DNA of 63,264 nucleotides, filler included, from It is 13 parts of 13 records of this genome, joined end to end, with 100 filler letters (N's around TTAATTAATTAA, not from the genome) between each part and the next. Parts side by side here need not be neighbours in the genome. Positions count along the whole stretch, not along the records: positions 11,560 to 13,786 come from SRR11831586_1083; positions 13,887 to 17,011 come from SRR11831586_1096; positions 17,112 to 23,164 come from SRR11831586_1107; 10 more parts are not named here. One strand, 5' to 3'. Shown piece by piece: positions 11,560 to 21,664 of this stretch (position 1 is its first letter; each line of letters starts with the position of its first letter). The notes under the pieces were generated by a model. It saw only the letters and a program-made list of their open reading frames with translations, ran no database searches and was not told where the DNA came from. The position numbers and the translations under genes were made by a program.

Positions 11560-13146
11560 CTGCTCTCTGTTGGTGGAGAAGAACGCCCGCATTGAGATCT
11601 CGATGCAGGAGCTGGCCAAGCTAGACGAGGACGTTGCCACCGAATGTGAGCGGTATGTGTGTATGCGCGCTTTTCCTTTGTGTTAGGTTTGTGTGTGCGT
11701 GCGTCTTTTGGTCTGCACATCGGCGTACAGGCAGTGTGTATCATCCCACTCACTCACATACGCATACCCGCTCACACTCTCTCCGCACGCAGTATCGAGC
11801 AGAAGGTCAAATCAAGCCTGGCCCTTCTCCGCGCCATCATCGACGAGCGCGAACAAAGCTGTCTCACGAATCTGTACAACTTGCGCGGTGACAAGCTGGA
11901 CCTTATCTCGCAGCAGCTGCAGGAACTCGGCGGGCAGCATGCGGATATTCAGGAGGCGCTTGTGGCCGTACGTGGTGGTTTGCAGTTTCGGATGTGGTGG
12001 TGTATGCCGTGTGTGTGTGTTTGCGGTGCGTAGTGTGAGTTGCTGTTTTCTGCTGCGGTGCATCGTTCCCTCTTGCAACATACAACACAACTCTCTCTCC
12101 CACTCATTCACTCTCTCACACACACTCTCCTAACAGGCAGAGGAGGTTCTGAACGATGTGCGGCCTCTCTCTGCTGCCGCTGTGGGCATCGACAACGAGG
12201 CCTTCCCCGCCACGCTGCAGACCCTCTTTGACGTGCTCGACCGCGTAACGGGTCTGCAGGTACTGTCAAGCCGCCGCTCTGTGTGCAGCTAGCATTCATA
12301 CGCACGAACGATGTCCTTCGCGTACACAGTGTTGATATACTTGTTGCATGGCGACATGTACCCTGTTCTCTATTAACTTTCTTTTGTGTGTGTGCTCGCT
12401 ACACAGGACGCCAGCACCCCACTGAGCATGCCCACGGGACCTACGTTCAACCTCACCATCGACACCTCACGCCAGAGCACCGTCCTGCGCCAGCTCATGT
12501 TCGAAGGCGTTGGGAGTTCGCCGACACGCAATCTCTCCCCCGCCCGCACTCGCACACAGCAGGCCTCCTCGCACCAGGACACCAACGGCAGCACCTCCAT
12601 CCCGCCCACCCCTCCGACCGGTCGACGGTCGAGCAATGCGCTTGGCTCGGCCCCCTCCCACACACCGTACGCCAGCAGCACGTCCAAACCAGCAGCACCC
12701 ACCCCCGCCAGCGCCTCGAAGAACGCACCACATGTACGCCCGTCCTCTGCCACTCGGTCCCGTGCCAGTCCCGGATACATGTCCCCGGCCAGTCGCCGTC
12801 CGGGCATCCCCGAAAAGGCGTACTCGTACCTGCAACAGGATGATGGCGCCGGTGGATCCGCCGGTTCGGCGACGGTGCCGGTTGCGCGGCAGATGCCACG
12901 TGGACTGAGTTTCAGTTCGGCCGACTGGCAGGCGACGCTGCGGTCATCTACTCCGCCCGTCAAGAAGTGAGTCCATGCATCGTCTGTGTTTCTTTTTCTT
13001 CTTTCTCTCTATTCTTTCTCTCTTCGGTTGTGTGTATGTGTGTGGGGCTGTTTGAATACTCGGTTATCTGTGTGTGTGTTGGGCAGTGAGCGTGCAAAGA
13101 GTGTCTCCGTGCACGTGGTTGACGCGGGAGGACGGGCTCACACTGA
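11560..13146 (+). CDS. Eukaryotic spliced gene, partial: B-box C-terminal (BBC)-like coiled coil plus Ser/Pro/Thr-rich tail
   Basis: Exons <11560-11652, 11793-11967, 12137-12259, 12407-12966 and possibly 13087-13146 join in frame at GT-AG introns. Reads VEKNARIEISMQELAKLDEDVATECERIEQKVKSSLALLRAIIDEREQSCLTNL. The 3' end is uncertain; it may stop at TGA 12968-12970. Confidence 0.7.
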
Positions 13147-13428
13147 GTGCGTGCGTGTATTTGTATGGATGGGTGGAGTCTGCTCGTGGACTCAGCGGTC
13201 TGTAGCTAACAGGTCGAATGCGGAATCCATGATTCCTTAGTAAACGCCGAAATTCATGTACACCATATGCGGACTCGTGCTGCGTTTCCATCAATCGACA
13301 GGTAAACTCCTCCAGCCTAGGTACATGTGCTGTTTCGGTGTATTTGACCGTTTCCGGTGGTTATGAGTCTCAACTCTCAAGTCACCGTGAGGACTCACTC
13401 ACTTTCTCGTTAAGTACGCTCGCGAACC

Positions 13429-13786
13429 ATGACCCAAGTAGCTCCCCCAAAGATTGCCAACACGATCCTTGAGCACATCGGCAACACGCCGATGGTCCGT
13501 CTGGACAAGATTGCGAAGGAGTTCGGACTCAAGTGCGAGCTGCGTATGCTTCATGATGCTTCTTTGCTAGGCCCCACGTTGGTCTAACATCTCCTTGTTT
13601 CTTTTCGGTTTTGCAGTTGGGAAATGCGAATTCTTCAACGCTGGTGGCTCGCTGAAGGACCGCATTGGTCTGCGTATGGTTGAGGAGGCGGAGCGGAGTG
13701 GACGAATCAAACCGGGAGATACTCTGATTGAGCCCACATCCGGAAACACTGGGGTTGGTCTTGCCCTGGCTGCTGCTGTGAAGGGG
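13429..13786 (+). CDS. CBS: Cystathionine beta-synthase (eukaryotic, 5' part)
   Basis: Exons 13429-13543 and 13617->13786; intron 13544-13616 (GTATGC...CTAAC...TGCAG). Reads [40 protein letters not shown]...[20 protein letters not shown], including the PLP lysine motif. Confidence 0.92.
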
Positions 13787-13886
13787 NNNNNNNNNNNNNN
13801 NNNNNNNNNNNNNNNNNNNNNNNNNNNNNNTTAATTAATTAANNNNNNNNNNNNNNNNNNNNNNNNNNNNNNNNNNNNNNNNNNNN
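13787..13886. other. Artificial contig spacer (3/12)
   Basis: Same linker. Confidence 0.99.
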
Positions 13887-13920
13887 TACACTCAAGCCAG
13901 CACACCCACACGCATCGCAC

Positions 13921-14875
13921 CTTCTCATATTCGTTGAGTTTCTTCCGCAGCTGCTCCGCCTCCTTCGTCGCAGCCGTCAGCGGCTCATGCAGGTGCTTGT
14001 TCTCGCGCACGAGATCATACATCTGCTTGTCGTTCGTGTTCTCCAGCTTGCGCCAGTAGTCCACGTCCTCCATCAGCGTCTTGATCTTCTCCATGTTCGA
14101 GTTGATGATGTCCTTGAAGTAGTTGTTGATGTCGTGCAGCGCCCGCTGGTGCTGTTTCTTCAGCAGCTCCACGTGAGCCGTCTTGCGCGCCTCCAGATCC
14201 GCCACCATATGCTTCTTCTTGCTGTCCAGGTGCTCTCGCAGCTCACGCATCCGCTTCTCGTAACGAGCAAGAAGCTCCCGTCCAGCGCGCTCAAATTCCG
14301 CTCGTTCGCGAGCAACCGCTCTGTCATGCTCTAGTTTCATGTTCTTCACCACGTCCATGTGACTCCGCTCCATCTCCTTCAGTTGGACTTTCAGCGCCCG
14401 CTCGTCTTTGGCAACTTCTGCCTCACGAGCGCGGTGATCTGCGTGCTGAAGAGTCGCCTGTAGTTCCTCATCGAGTCGCAATCCCGTTTCGGAATGCTGC
14501 TGCTCAAAAAAGAGATGCTTGATCCGAAGCTGATATTGGCGGGCCTCCACTGCATGTCGCTCTTGGGCTTCTTGTAGTTCGCGCTCCTTGTTGCGGGCCT
14601 CTGCACTCAAAGCATCGAGACTCTGCTTGTCGAGTTGCCACACAGCATTGATCTTATCACGTTCAAGTTGATAGTAATTGCGCTCGGCCAACTCACGCAT
14701 CTCCTGTTTCCGCAACTCGCGATATTCGTCAATGTAGCGCTGCTTTTGCTCTTCATCAAGAGCGACCTGCGGGTCTACGGCCGCTTTCTTGCCTTTCTTT
14801 CCCTTCTTTCCTTTCTTTCCCTACGACAGCCGGTCGGCTTCCGAAGCAGCAATATCAAACGACATCACGTACCAT
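13921..14875 (-). CDS. GAS8: Dynein regulatory complex subunit 4 (GAS8/DRC4/trypanin), 3' truncated
   Basis: ATG 14875-14873, intron 14872-14821, then a 900-nt exon 14820-13921 reading GKKGKKGKK...ERNYYQLERDKI...AEARNKERELQEAQERH...NYFKDII; GTGCGA donor at 13920. Confidence 0.9.
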
Positions 14876-15721
14876 GGAGTCAGCAGAAAAGAGGAAAAGA
14901 AGAAGTCAGAAAAGCACAGAACAAAGCACAGCGATCCGGAAAGCACAACTGCTGAGCCCTTCGTCGCAGTATATGTACAGTTACGCACAGAGGGGAATTT
15001 GACCACAGTTCGAAATCTGCAGCGGCGTATCTCCAAGAAGTAGAATCTCGGTCTGTCAGGTTTCTAGTTGAACGAGGTTTGTGGCACTTTTTCGTCCATT
15101 GTGAGCAGTGCACGCGAGAAGGTATTGAGTGAGCCGCGTATCCCAACATACAGAACCTCGGTCACATGCAGATCCATTGCCCGGCTTCGCAGCACTGCTA
15201 CTACTGTGTCCGGGTTTCAGTTTTCAGTTGTGCCGGTCCTTGCTGTTGATCTATTTCATCATCTCGCAGCGGTGTTACGCGAGAACATGCTGATTGAGTC
15301 GTCGTCTGAGATGCTTCGGGTCCTGAAGCAGATGGGGCCTCACGTGACCTCCGGGCGCCGGCCCGCACGACTAGTTCCGCTGCCGGTGGCGATGGCGAAT
15401 AAAGTACTGCACACACCCCACTGCCCACTAGAACCTCACTGAACGGTGTGTCGAATAAATGAATCAATGCAACATCGTGGTCGAACTATGACTATGATAT
15501 CAAACCCAACGTACCGCACCGCCTACCACGACCACACTTCGAGTGGGCGAGGTATTGCTCACGTTAACACGAGCTCTTGTGAAACTATTGCATGTGCCCT
15601 TAATACAGTCTGACAGAGGTATATGAATGTATACTGTACCGTACTGCACCGTAATGCAATGACATTTTCTTGCAGTTCGCTTTGGTATCAACCCAATTCT
15701 GCTCGGTGAACGCATTGCTGC

Positions 15722-17011
15722 ATGCAGTCGTTGCCCAGGATGTTGAGGGCTCTGCATACTTTTTCGCGTGCAGGTACGCTCTTGTGTTCAATTCTTTTTG
15801 GGCTTAAACTTACTTGTGATATGCTTTGTGCAGTGACTCGTACTCGCTGCGCTATTGTTGCTGGTACCCGCGGATTTAGTGGTTCTCTTCCTAGTGGTGG
15901 TTCTTTCTTGGCATCTCCACGATATCGCTCGACAACCCAATTGCCTCGCTTCTCCGTGGATCAATGTACGTGTGTAGCGATTGCCATCCTTCTGCCATAA
16001 TTGATGTCTTTGGTGTGGTTGCCAATCGTTGTCTCTGTCTAGGTGCTGTTCTTCCCGACTCGCGCTCCCTCCGGCGCGAATATTCGTCCACCGCCTCTTC
16101 TCTGGGTAATGATACGATGAGCAACCCGCACGACGCGGCAAACGACATGTGTATGTTGATGTCATCACCACGATGGGTGCAAACTACCTACAACTCACTC
16201 TCTTCTTCTGCAGTGTGTCTTTCACCGCATCGCATGCGGAGATTGCAAGAGACGCCGCATCTTATGCAAGCAGCCAAAGCCGCTCTCATGACAGCAGCGA
16301 GGCATCCTTCACGCTCGCTGCTGGAGAGAATGATCGCGCGCGACGAGGTGTGGCGGGCTGTGCATGCGGAGTGGCGCATTCTGGTGGACAATGAGATCGG
16401 GTGGGAGGGACTGACAGCGCTGGCGCTGGACGGCGTGAGCCCGGCCAGGATGATGAAGTTGTTTACGAGCTGCGGATTAAGCTGTAAAGCAGCGACTGCC
16501 GTAGAGGCTTTCGTCCGATTTGCGACATTTTCGAGTATGTTTCCCTGTGGAGGTAGCACATAGATTCGATTGCTGACTGTTCCCTGTAGGTTCACCGCAT
16601 GTCGTGCTGCCCAACGGCGCTCTGAATCCGTCGCTGAAGGGAAGATTTGTGTACGTAGACCCGGGCAAAGACAACTCCGCAGCCTTGGTGCCGCTTATAT
16701 TGAACGGAGATGCCGACAGGCCGGCCCTGATCTTGATTCACGGCCCACGGTCGAGTGGTAAGAGCACGCATATTTATCGTGCAGCCCAGCAGCTCGACGC
16801 TTGGCATCCGGTGTTTGTGTACGTAGCAGAGGACTACGCTGTGGGTGCTTTGTGTTTACTCACTCATGTTGGCAGATTAACGCGCCCTGCTATCGAGCCC
16901 TTCATTGCCACGCCAAACTTTGCTCGGTTCTTCCACGCGTTACACACAAACATGATGGCCATGTGCCGCGTCCGCGGCCTGCACAGTGCTGCGTCCGCAT
17001 CCGTGTGGAAA
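15722..17011 (+). CDS. Eukaryotic spliced gene, 3' truncated: putative mitochondrial presequence + SAM-like helical region + P-loop NTPase
   Basis: Exons 15722-15773, 15834-15965, 16043-16150, 16214-16534, 16590-16818 and 16876->17011 are phase-consistent; Walker A GPRSSGKS at 16742-16765 follows the strand ALILIH. Confidence 0.72.
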
Positions 17012-17111
17012 NNNNNNNNNNNNNNNNNNNNNNNNNNNNNNNNNNNNNNNNNNNNTTAATTAATTAANNNNNNNNNNNNNNNNNNNNNNNNNNNNNNNNN
17101 NNNNNNNNNNN
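17012..17111. other. Artificial contig spacer (4/12)
   Basis: Same linker. Confidence 0.99.
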
Positions 17112-17121
17112 CCGTGTCGAT

Positions 17122-17176
17122 GGAGGCGCATTATAGGGAGTTCTCCGCAGGCCGCAATAGAAAAATTGCAGAAAAA
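17122..17176 (-). promoter_or_regulatory. rRNA operon P1 promoter (rrnE P1) with UP element
   Basis: Minus strand TTGCGG (17157-17152), 16-nt spacer, TATAAT (17135-17130), GC-rich discriminator GCGCCTCC, A/T tracts upstream; divergent from purH. The rRNA itself is beyond the contig end. Confidence 0.9.
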
Positions 17177-17233
17177 TGACTGACTGCTGCATTCCCCAGC
17201 AAAAGCCCGCTTTATACCTTTTTACGCACAGAG

Positions 17234-17242
17234 TTATCCACA
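17234..17242 (+). promoter_or_regulatory. DnaA box
   Basis: Perfect TTATCCACA; function here not shown. Confidence 0.55.
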
Positions 17243-17328
17243 ATCATCAATGTAATTTCTGTATTTTGCCCACGGTAACCACAGTCAAAATTGTGATCAC
17301 CATTGAAAGAGAAAAATTCGCGAGCGTT

Positions 17329-17344
17329 GCGCAAACGTTTTCGT
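17329..17344 (+). promoter_or_regulatory. PurR operator (PUR box) of purHD
   Basis: GCGCAAACGTTTTCGT matches the PurR consensus; followed immediately by a -10-like TACAAT (17345-17350). Confidence 0.9.
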
Positions 17345-17451
17345 TACAATGCGGGCGAAAAATAAGGATGCCCCGTTAGGGGCGTTAGCTGAGTTTTTCG
17401 CGAAAAATTCAGCTAACGCTCTCTGTAATAGTCAAATCCAGGGGATTTACC

Positions 17452-19041
17452 ATGCAACAACGTCGTCCAGTCCGCCGCGCTCTGCTCAGTGTTTCTGACA
17501 AAGCCGGTATCGTCGAATTCGCCCAGGCACTTTCCGCACGCGGTGTGGAGCTGCTGTCTACAGGGGGCACTGCCCGTCTGTTAGCAGAAAAAGGTCTGCC
17601 GGTAACCGAAGTTTCCGATTACACCGGTTTCCCGGAGATGATGGATGGACGCGTGAAGACCCTGCATCCGAAAGTACATGGTGGCATTCTGGGCCGTCGC
17701 GGCCAGGACGATGCCATTATGGAAGAACATCAGATCCAGCCTATCGATATGGTGGTTGTTAACCTGTATCCGTTCGCCCAGACCGTGGCCCGTGAAGGTT
17801 GCTCGCTGGAAGATGCGGTTGAGAACATCGATATCGGCGGCCCAACGATGGTGCGCTCCGCCGCCAAGAACCATAAAGATGTCGCAATCGTGGTGAAGAG
17901 CAGCGACTATGACGCCATTATTAAAGAGATGGATGACAACGAAGGATCGCTGACGCTTGCAACCCGTTTCGACCTCGCCATCAAAGCCTTCGAACACACT
18001 GCCGCCTACGACAGCATGATTGCCAACTACTTCGGCAGCATGGTTCCGGCTTACCACGGTGAAAGCAAAGAAGCCGCCGGTCGCTTCCCACGCACGCTGA
18101 ACCTGAACTTCATTAAGAAGCTGGATATGCGTTACGGCGAGAACAGCCACCAGCAGGCTGCCTTCTATATAGAAGAGAATGTGAAAGAAGCCTCCGTTGC
18201 TACCGCAACCCAGGTTCAGGGTAAAGCCCTCTCTTATAACAACATCGCCGATACCGATGCGGCGCTGGAGTGCGTGAAAGAGTTCGCCGAGCCGGCATGT
18301 GTGATTGTGAAGCACGCCAACCCTTGCGGCGTGGCTATCGGCAATTCCATTCTTGATGCTTACGATCGCGCGTACAAAACCGACCCAACCTCCGCATTCG
18401 GCGGCATCATTGCCTTTAACCGCGAGCTGGATGCGGAAACCGCACAGGCCATCATTTCTCGTCAGTTTGTCGAAGTGATTATTGCGCCGTCCGCCAGCGA
18501 AGAAGCCCTGAAAATCACCGCCGCCAAACAGAACGTACGCGTTCTGACCTGCGGTCAGTGGGGCGAGCGTGTTCCGGGCCTCGATTTCAAACGCGTGAAC
18601 GGCGGTCTGCTGGTTCAGGATCGTGACCTGGGGATGGTCGGTGCGGAAGAACTGCGCGTGGTGACCAAACGTCAGCCGAGCGAACAGGAACTGCGTGATG
18701 CGCTGTTCTGCTGGAAGGTGGCGAAGTTTGTGAAATCCAACGCTATCGTCTATGCCAAAAACAATATGACTATCGGCATTGGCGCGGGCCAGATGAGCCG
18801 CGTGTACTCCGCAAAAATCGCCGGTATTAAAGCGGCCGATGAAGGCCTGGAAGTGAAAGGTTCCTCGATGGCTTCTGACGCGTTCTTCCCGTTCCGCGAC
18901 GGTATTGATGCCGCCGCCGCTGCGGGCGTGACCTGCGTAATCCAGCCTGGCGGTTCTATCCGTGATGACGAAGTGATTGCCGCCGCCGACGAGCACGGTA
19001 TTGCGATGCTCTTCACCGACATGCGCCACTTCCGCCATTAA
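17452..19041 (+). CDS. purH: Bifunctional AICAR transformylase/IMP cyclohydrolase
   Basis: 529 aa; [23 protein letters not shown], ends RHFRH. Confidence 0.99.
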
Positions 19042-19052
19042 TGGAGCAATAG

Positions 19053-20342
19053 ATGAAAGTATTAGTGATTGGTAACGGCGGGCGCGAGCACGCGCTGGCC
19101 TGGAAAGCGGCCCAGTCGCCGCTGGTTGAGACTGTTTTTGTTGCTCCGGGTAATGCAGGCACTGCACTGGAACCCGCGCTGCAAAACGTTGCTATTGGCG
19201 TGACCGATATCCCGGCGCTGTTGGATTTCGCACAAAACGAAAAGATTGATCTGACCATCGTCGGCCCGGAAGCGCCGCTGGTGAAAGGCGTGGTCGATAC
19301 CTTCCGCGCCGCCGGGCTGAAAATCTTCGGCCCAACCGCAGGTGCGGCCCAACTGGAAGGCTCAAAAGCGTTTACCAAAGATTTCCTGGCCCGCCATAAG
19401 ATCCCTACGGCGGAATACCAGAACTTCACCGAGGTAGAACCTGCGCTGGCGTATCTGCGTGAGAAAGGCGCGCCAATCGTCATTAAAGCGGACGGTCTGG
19501 CTGCCGGGAAAGGCGTTATCGTGGCGATGACGCTGGAAGAAGCGGAAGCGGCTGTTCACGATATGCTGGCGGGCAACGCTTTTGGCGACGCGGGTCATCG
19601 CATCGTTATCGAAGAGTTCCTCGATGGCGAAGAAGCGAGCTTTATCGTGATGGTGGACGGCGAGCATGTGCTGCCGATGGCTACCAGCCAGGATCACAAA
19701 CGCGTAGGCGATAAAGATACCGGACCAAACACCGGCGGGATGGGCGCTTACTCCCCCGCGCCGGTAGTAACCGATGACGTTCATCAGCGCACCATGGAAC
19801 GTATTATCTGGCCAACCGTGAAAGGCATGGCGGCGGAAGGCAACACCTACACCGGTTTTCTCTACGCGGGCCTGATGATCGACAAACAGGGCAATCCGAA
19901 GGTTATTGAATTTAACTGCCGCTTTGGCGATCCGGAAACCCAGCCGATTATGCTGCGCATGAAGTCCGATCTGGTTGAGCTCTGCCTGGCGGCCTGTGAA
20001 AGCAAACTGGACGAGAAAACGTCCGAGTGGGATGAACGCGCTTCTCTCGGCGTGGTGATGGCTGCGGGTGGATATCCGGGTGATTACCGCACCGGTGACG
20101 TGATCCACGGCCTGCCGCTGGAAGAAGTGGCAGGCGGCAAAGTGTTCCACGCGGGCACAAAACTGGCGGATGACGAGCAGGTAGTGACCAACGGCGGGCG
20201 CGTACTGTGCGTCACCGCGCTGGGTCATACCGTGGCAGAAGCGCAGAAACGCGCCTATGCCTTAATGACCGATATCCACTGGGACGACTGCTTCTGCCGG
20301 AAAGATATCGGCTGGCGCGCTATCGAACGCGAGCAGAACTAA
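19053..20342 (+). CDS. purD: Phosphoribosylamine-glycine ligase
   Basis: 429 aa; GNGGREHAL, GPNTGGMG, EFNCRFGDPE. Confidence 0.99.
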   Translation: MKVLVIGNGGREHALAWKAAQSPLVETVFVAPGNAGTALEPALQNVAIGVTDIPALLDFAQNEKIDLTIVGPEAPLVKGVVDTFRAAGLKIFGPTAGAAQLEGSKAFTKDFLARHKIPTAEYQNFTEVEPALAYLREKGAPIVIKADGLAAGKGVIVAMTLEEAEAAVHDMLAGNAFGDAGHRIVIEEFLDGEEASFIVMVDGEHVLPMATSQDHKRVGDKDTGPNTGGMGAYSPAPVVTDDVHQRTMERIIWPTVKGMAAEGNTYTGFLYAGLMIDKQGNPKVIEFNCRFGDPETQPIMLRMKSDLVELCLAACESKLDEKTSEWDERASLGVVMAAGGYPGDYRTGDVIHGLPLEEVAGGKVFHAGTKLADDEQVVTNGGRVLCVTALGHTVAEAQKRAYALMTDIHWDDCFCRKDIGWRAIEREQN

Positions 20343-21664
20343 CGCGACAGTTTTGCCAATAGCGTTTTGCGCGTGATCCCTAACTGACGGGCGGCTTCGG
20401 TTTTGTTGCCGCCCGTTTTCTCCAGCGCCGCCAGAATCACCTCTTTTTCCACTTCCACCAACGGCTGAATATCCTGACTTTGTCCCAGCGGGATCGGCGT
20501 ACTGGCAATCGCCAGCGGCAGCTCGCGTTCGGAAATATATTCCCCGGTCAGCAGCACCACTGCCCGTTCCACCGCGTTTTCCAGCTCACGAATATTTCCC
20601 GGCCAGTCGTAATGAATCAACAGATCCATCGCCTGGGGCGTAAAACCTTTTACCGCCTTGCGATTACGCTCGGCAAAGCGCTGCAGAAAATGGCCAGCCA
20701 GCAGAGGGATATCTTCCCGCCGTTGCCGCAGCGATGGTACTTCAATCGCCACCACATTCAGGCGATAGTAGAGATCCTGGCGAAAACGCCCGGCATTCAC
20801 CTCTGCGGCAAGATCGCGATGGGTCGCCGCAATCAGCCGGACATCAACCGAGATAATCTGGTTGCTACCGACACGCTGAACTTCGCGCTCCTGAATCGCA
20901 CGCAGCAGACGCACCTGCATCATCGGCGAGATATCGCCAATTTCATCGAGAAACAGCGTGCCGCCGTCCGCCTCAACAAAGCGCCCTTCCCGGCGTTTAT
21001 CGGCTCCAGTAAACGCCCCTTTTTCGTGACCGAACAATTCAGATTCCAGCAAGGATTCGTTGAGTGCCGCACAGTTGAGCGTTACCAGCGGTTTTTCGCT
21101 ACGTGCGCTACTGGCGTGAATCGCCCTGGCGACCAGCTCTTTACCGGTGCCGGAATCGCCGTGGATCAGTACCGTGGCTTCCGATGGCGCGACGAGGGCG
21201 ATTTCACTGAGCAGGTGTTGCATCGCCGGGCTTTTACCGACCATACCGAACTGGCTGGCAGTCACCGCAGGTGTTTCAGCATCAATACTGTGCGTATGCG
21301 CGAGCGCTTTTTCCAGCGTCGCCTGTAGGTTATCGAAATCCAGCGGCTTGATGAGATAATCCAGCGCCCCAGTTTTCAGTGCCTCTACCGCCGTCTCGAC
21401 GCTGGAGTACGCAGTCATAATCAGCACCGGAATTGCCGGGTTTAACGCTTTGATCTCTTTCAGCGTGGCGATGCCGTCCATCTCCGCCATTCGCACATCG
21501 CAAAGCACAAGATCAAAAACCTGTTCCCGCACCTGCTCCAACGCCTGTCGCCCGCTGTTCGCCAGCGCGACGTTATAGCCCCAGCCGCGCAGTAAAGCCT
21601 GCAAAATAGTGCAGTGGCTAATGTCATCATCCACCACCAGAATATCGATATTATCGTGCGTCAT
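20339..21664 (-). CDS. zraR: Sigma54-dependent response regulator ZraR
   Basis: Receiver + AAA+ domain ([14 protein letters not shown]) + Fis HTH. Confidence 0.97.
   Translation of the reverse strand: MTHDNIDILVVDDDISHCTILQALLRGWGYNVALANSGRQALEQVREQVFDLVLCDVRMAEMDGIATLKEIKALNPAIPVLIMTAYSSVETAVEALKTGALDYLIKPLDFDNLQATLEKALAHTHSIDAETPAVTASQFGMVGKSPAMQHLLSEIALVAPSEATVLIHGDSGTGKELVARAIHASSARSEKPLVTLNCAALNESLLESELFGHEKGAFTGADKRREGRFVEADGGTLFLDEIGDISPMMQVRLLRAIQEREVQRVGSNQIISVDVRLIAATHRDLAAEVNAGRFRQDLYYRLNVVAIEVPSLRQRREDIPLLAGHFLQRFAERNRKAVKGFTPQAMDLLIHYDWPGNIRELENAVERAVVLLTGEYISERELPLAIASTPIPLGQSQDIQPLVEVEKEVILAALEKTGGNKTEAARQLGITRKTLLAKLSR

Noticed and set aside
13921..14820. Alternative genetic code in the eukaryote
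   Set aside because: The 300-codon GAS8 exon and the other modelled exons translate without in-frame stops under the standard code; there is no positive evidence for reassignment.
17112..17130. rRNA gene
   Set aside because: Only the rrn P1 promoter is present; the contig ends before P2 and the 16S sequence.
11400..17200. Horizontal transfer between E. coli and a eukaryote
   Set aside because: Every bacterial-eukaryotic transition falls on a linker; no contig contains both kinds of sequence.
17581..19167. 528-aa ORF antisense to purH (similarly 47879-49354 opposite pnp and 23266-24192 opposite rplB)
   Set aside because: Shadow ORFs of strongly codon-biased genes, with no recognisable motifs.
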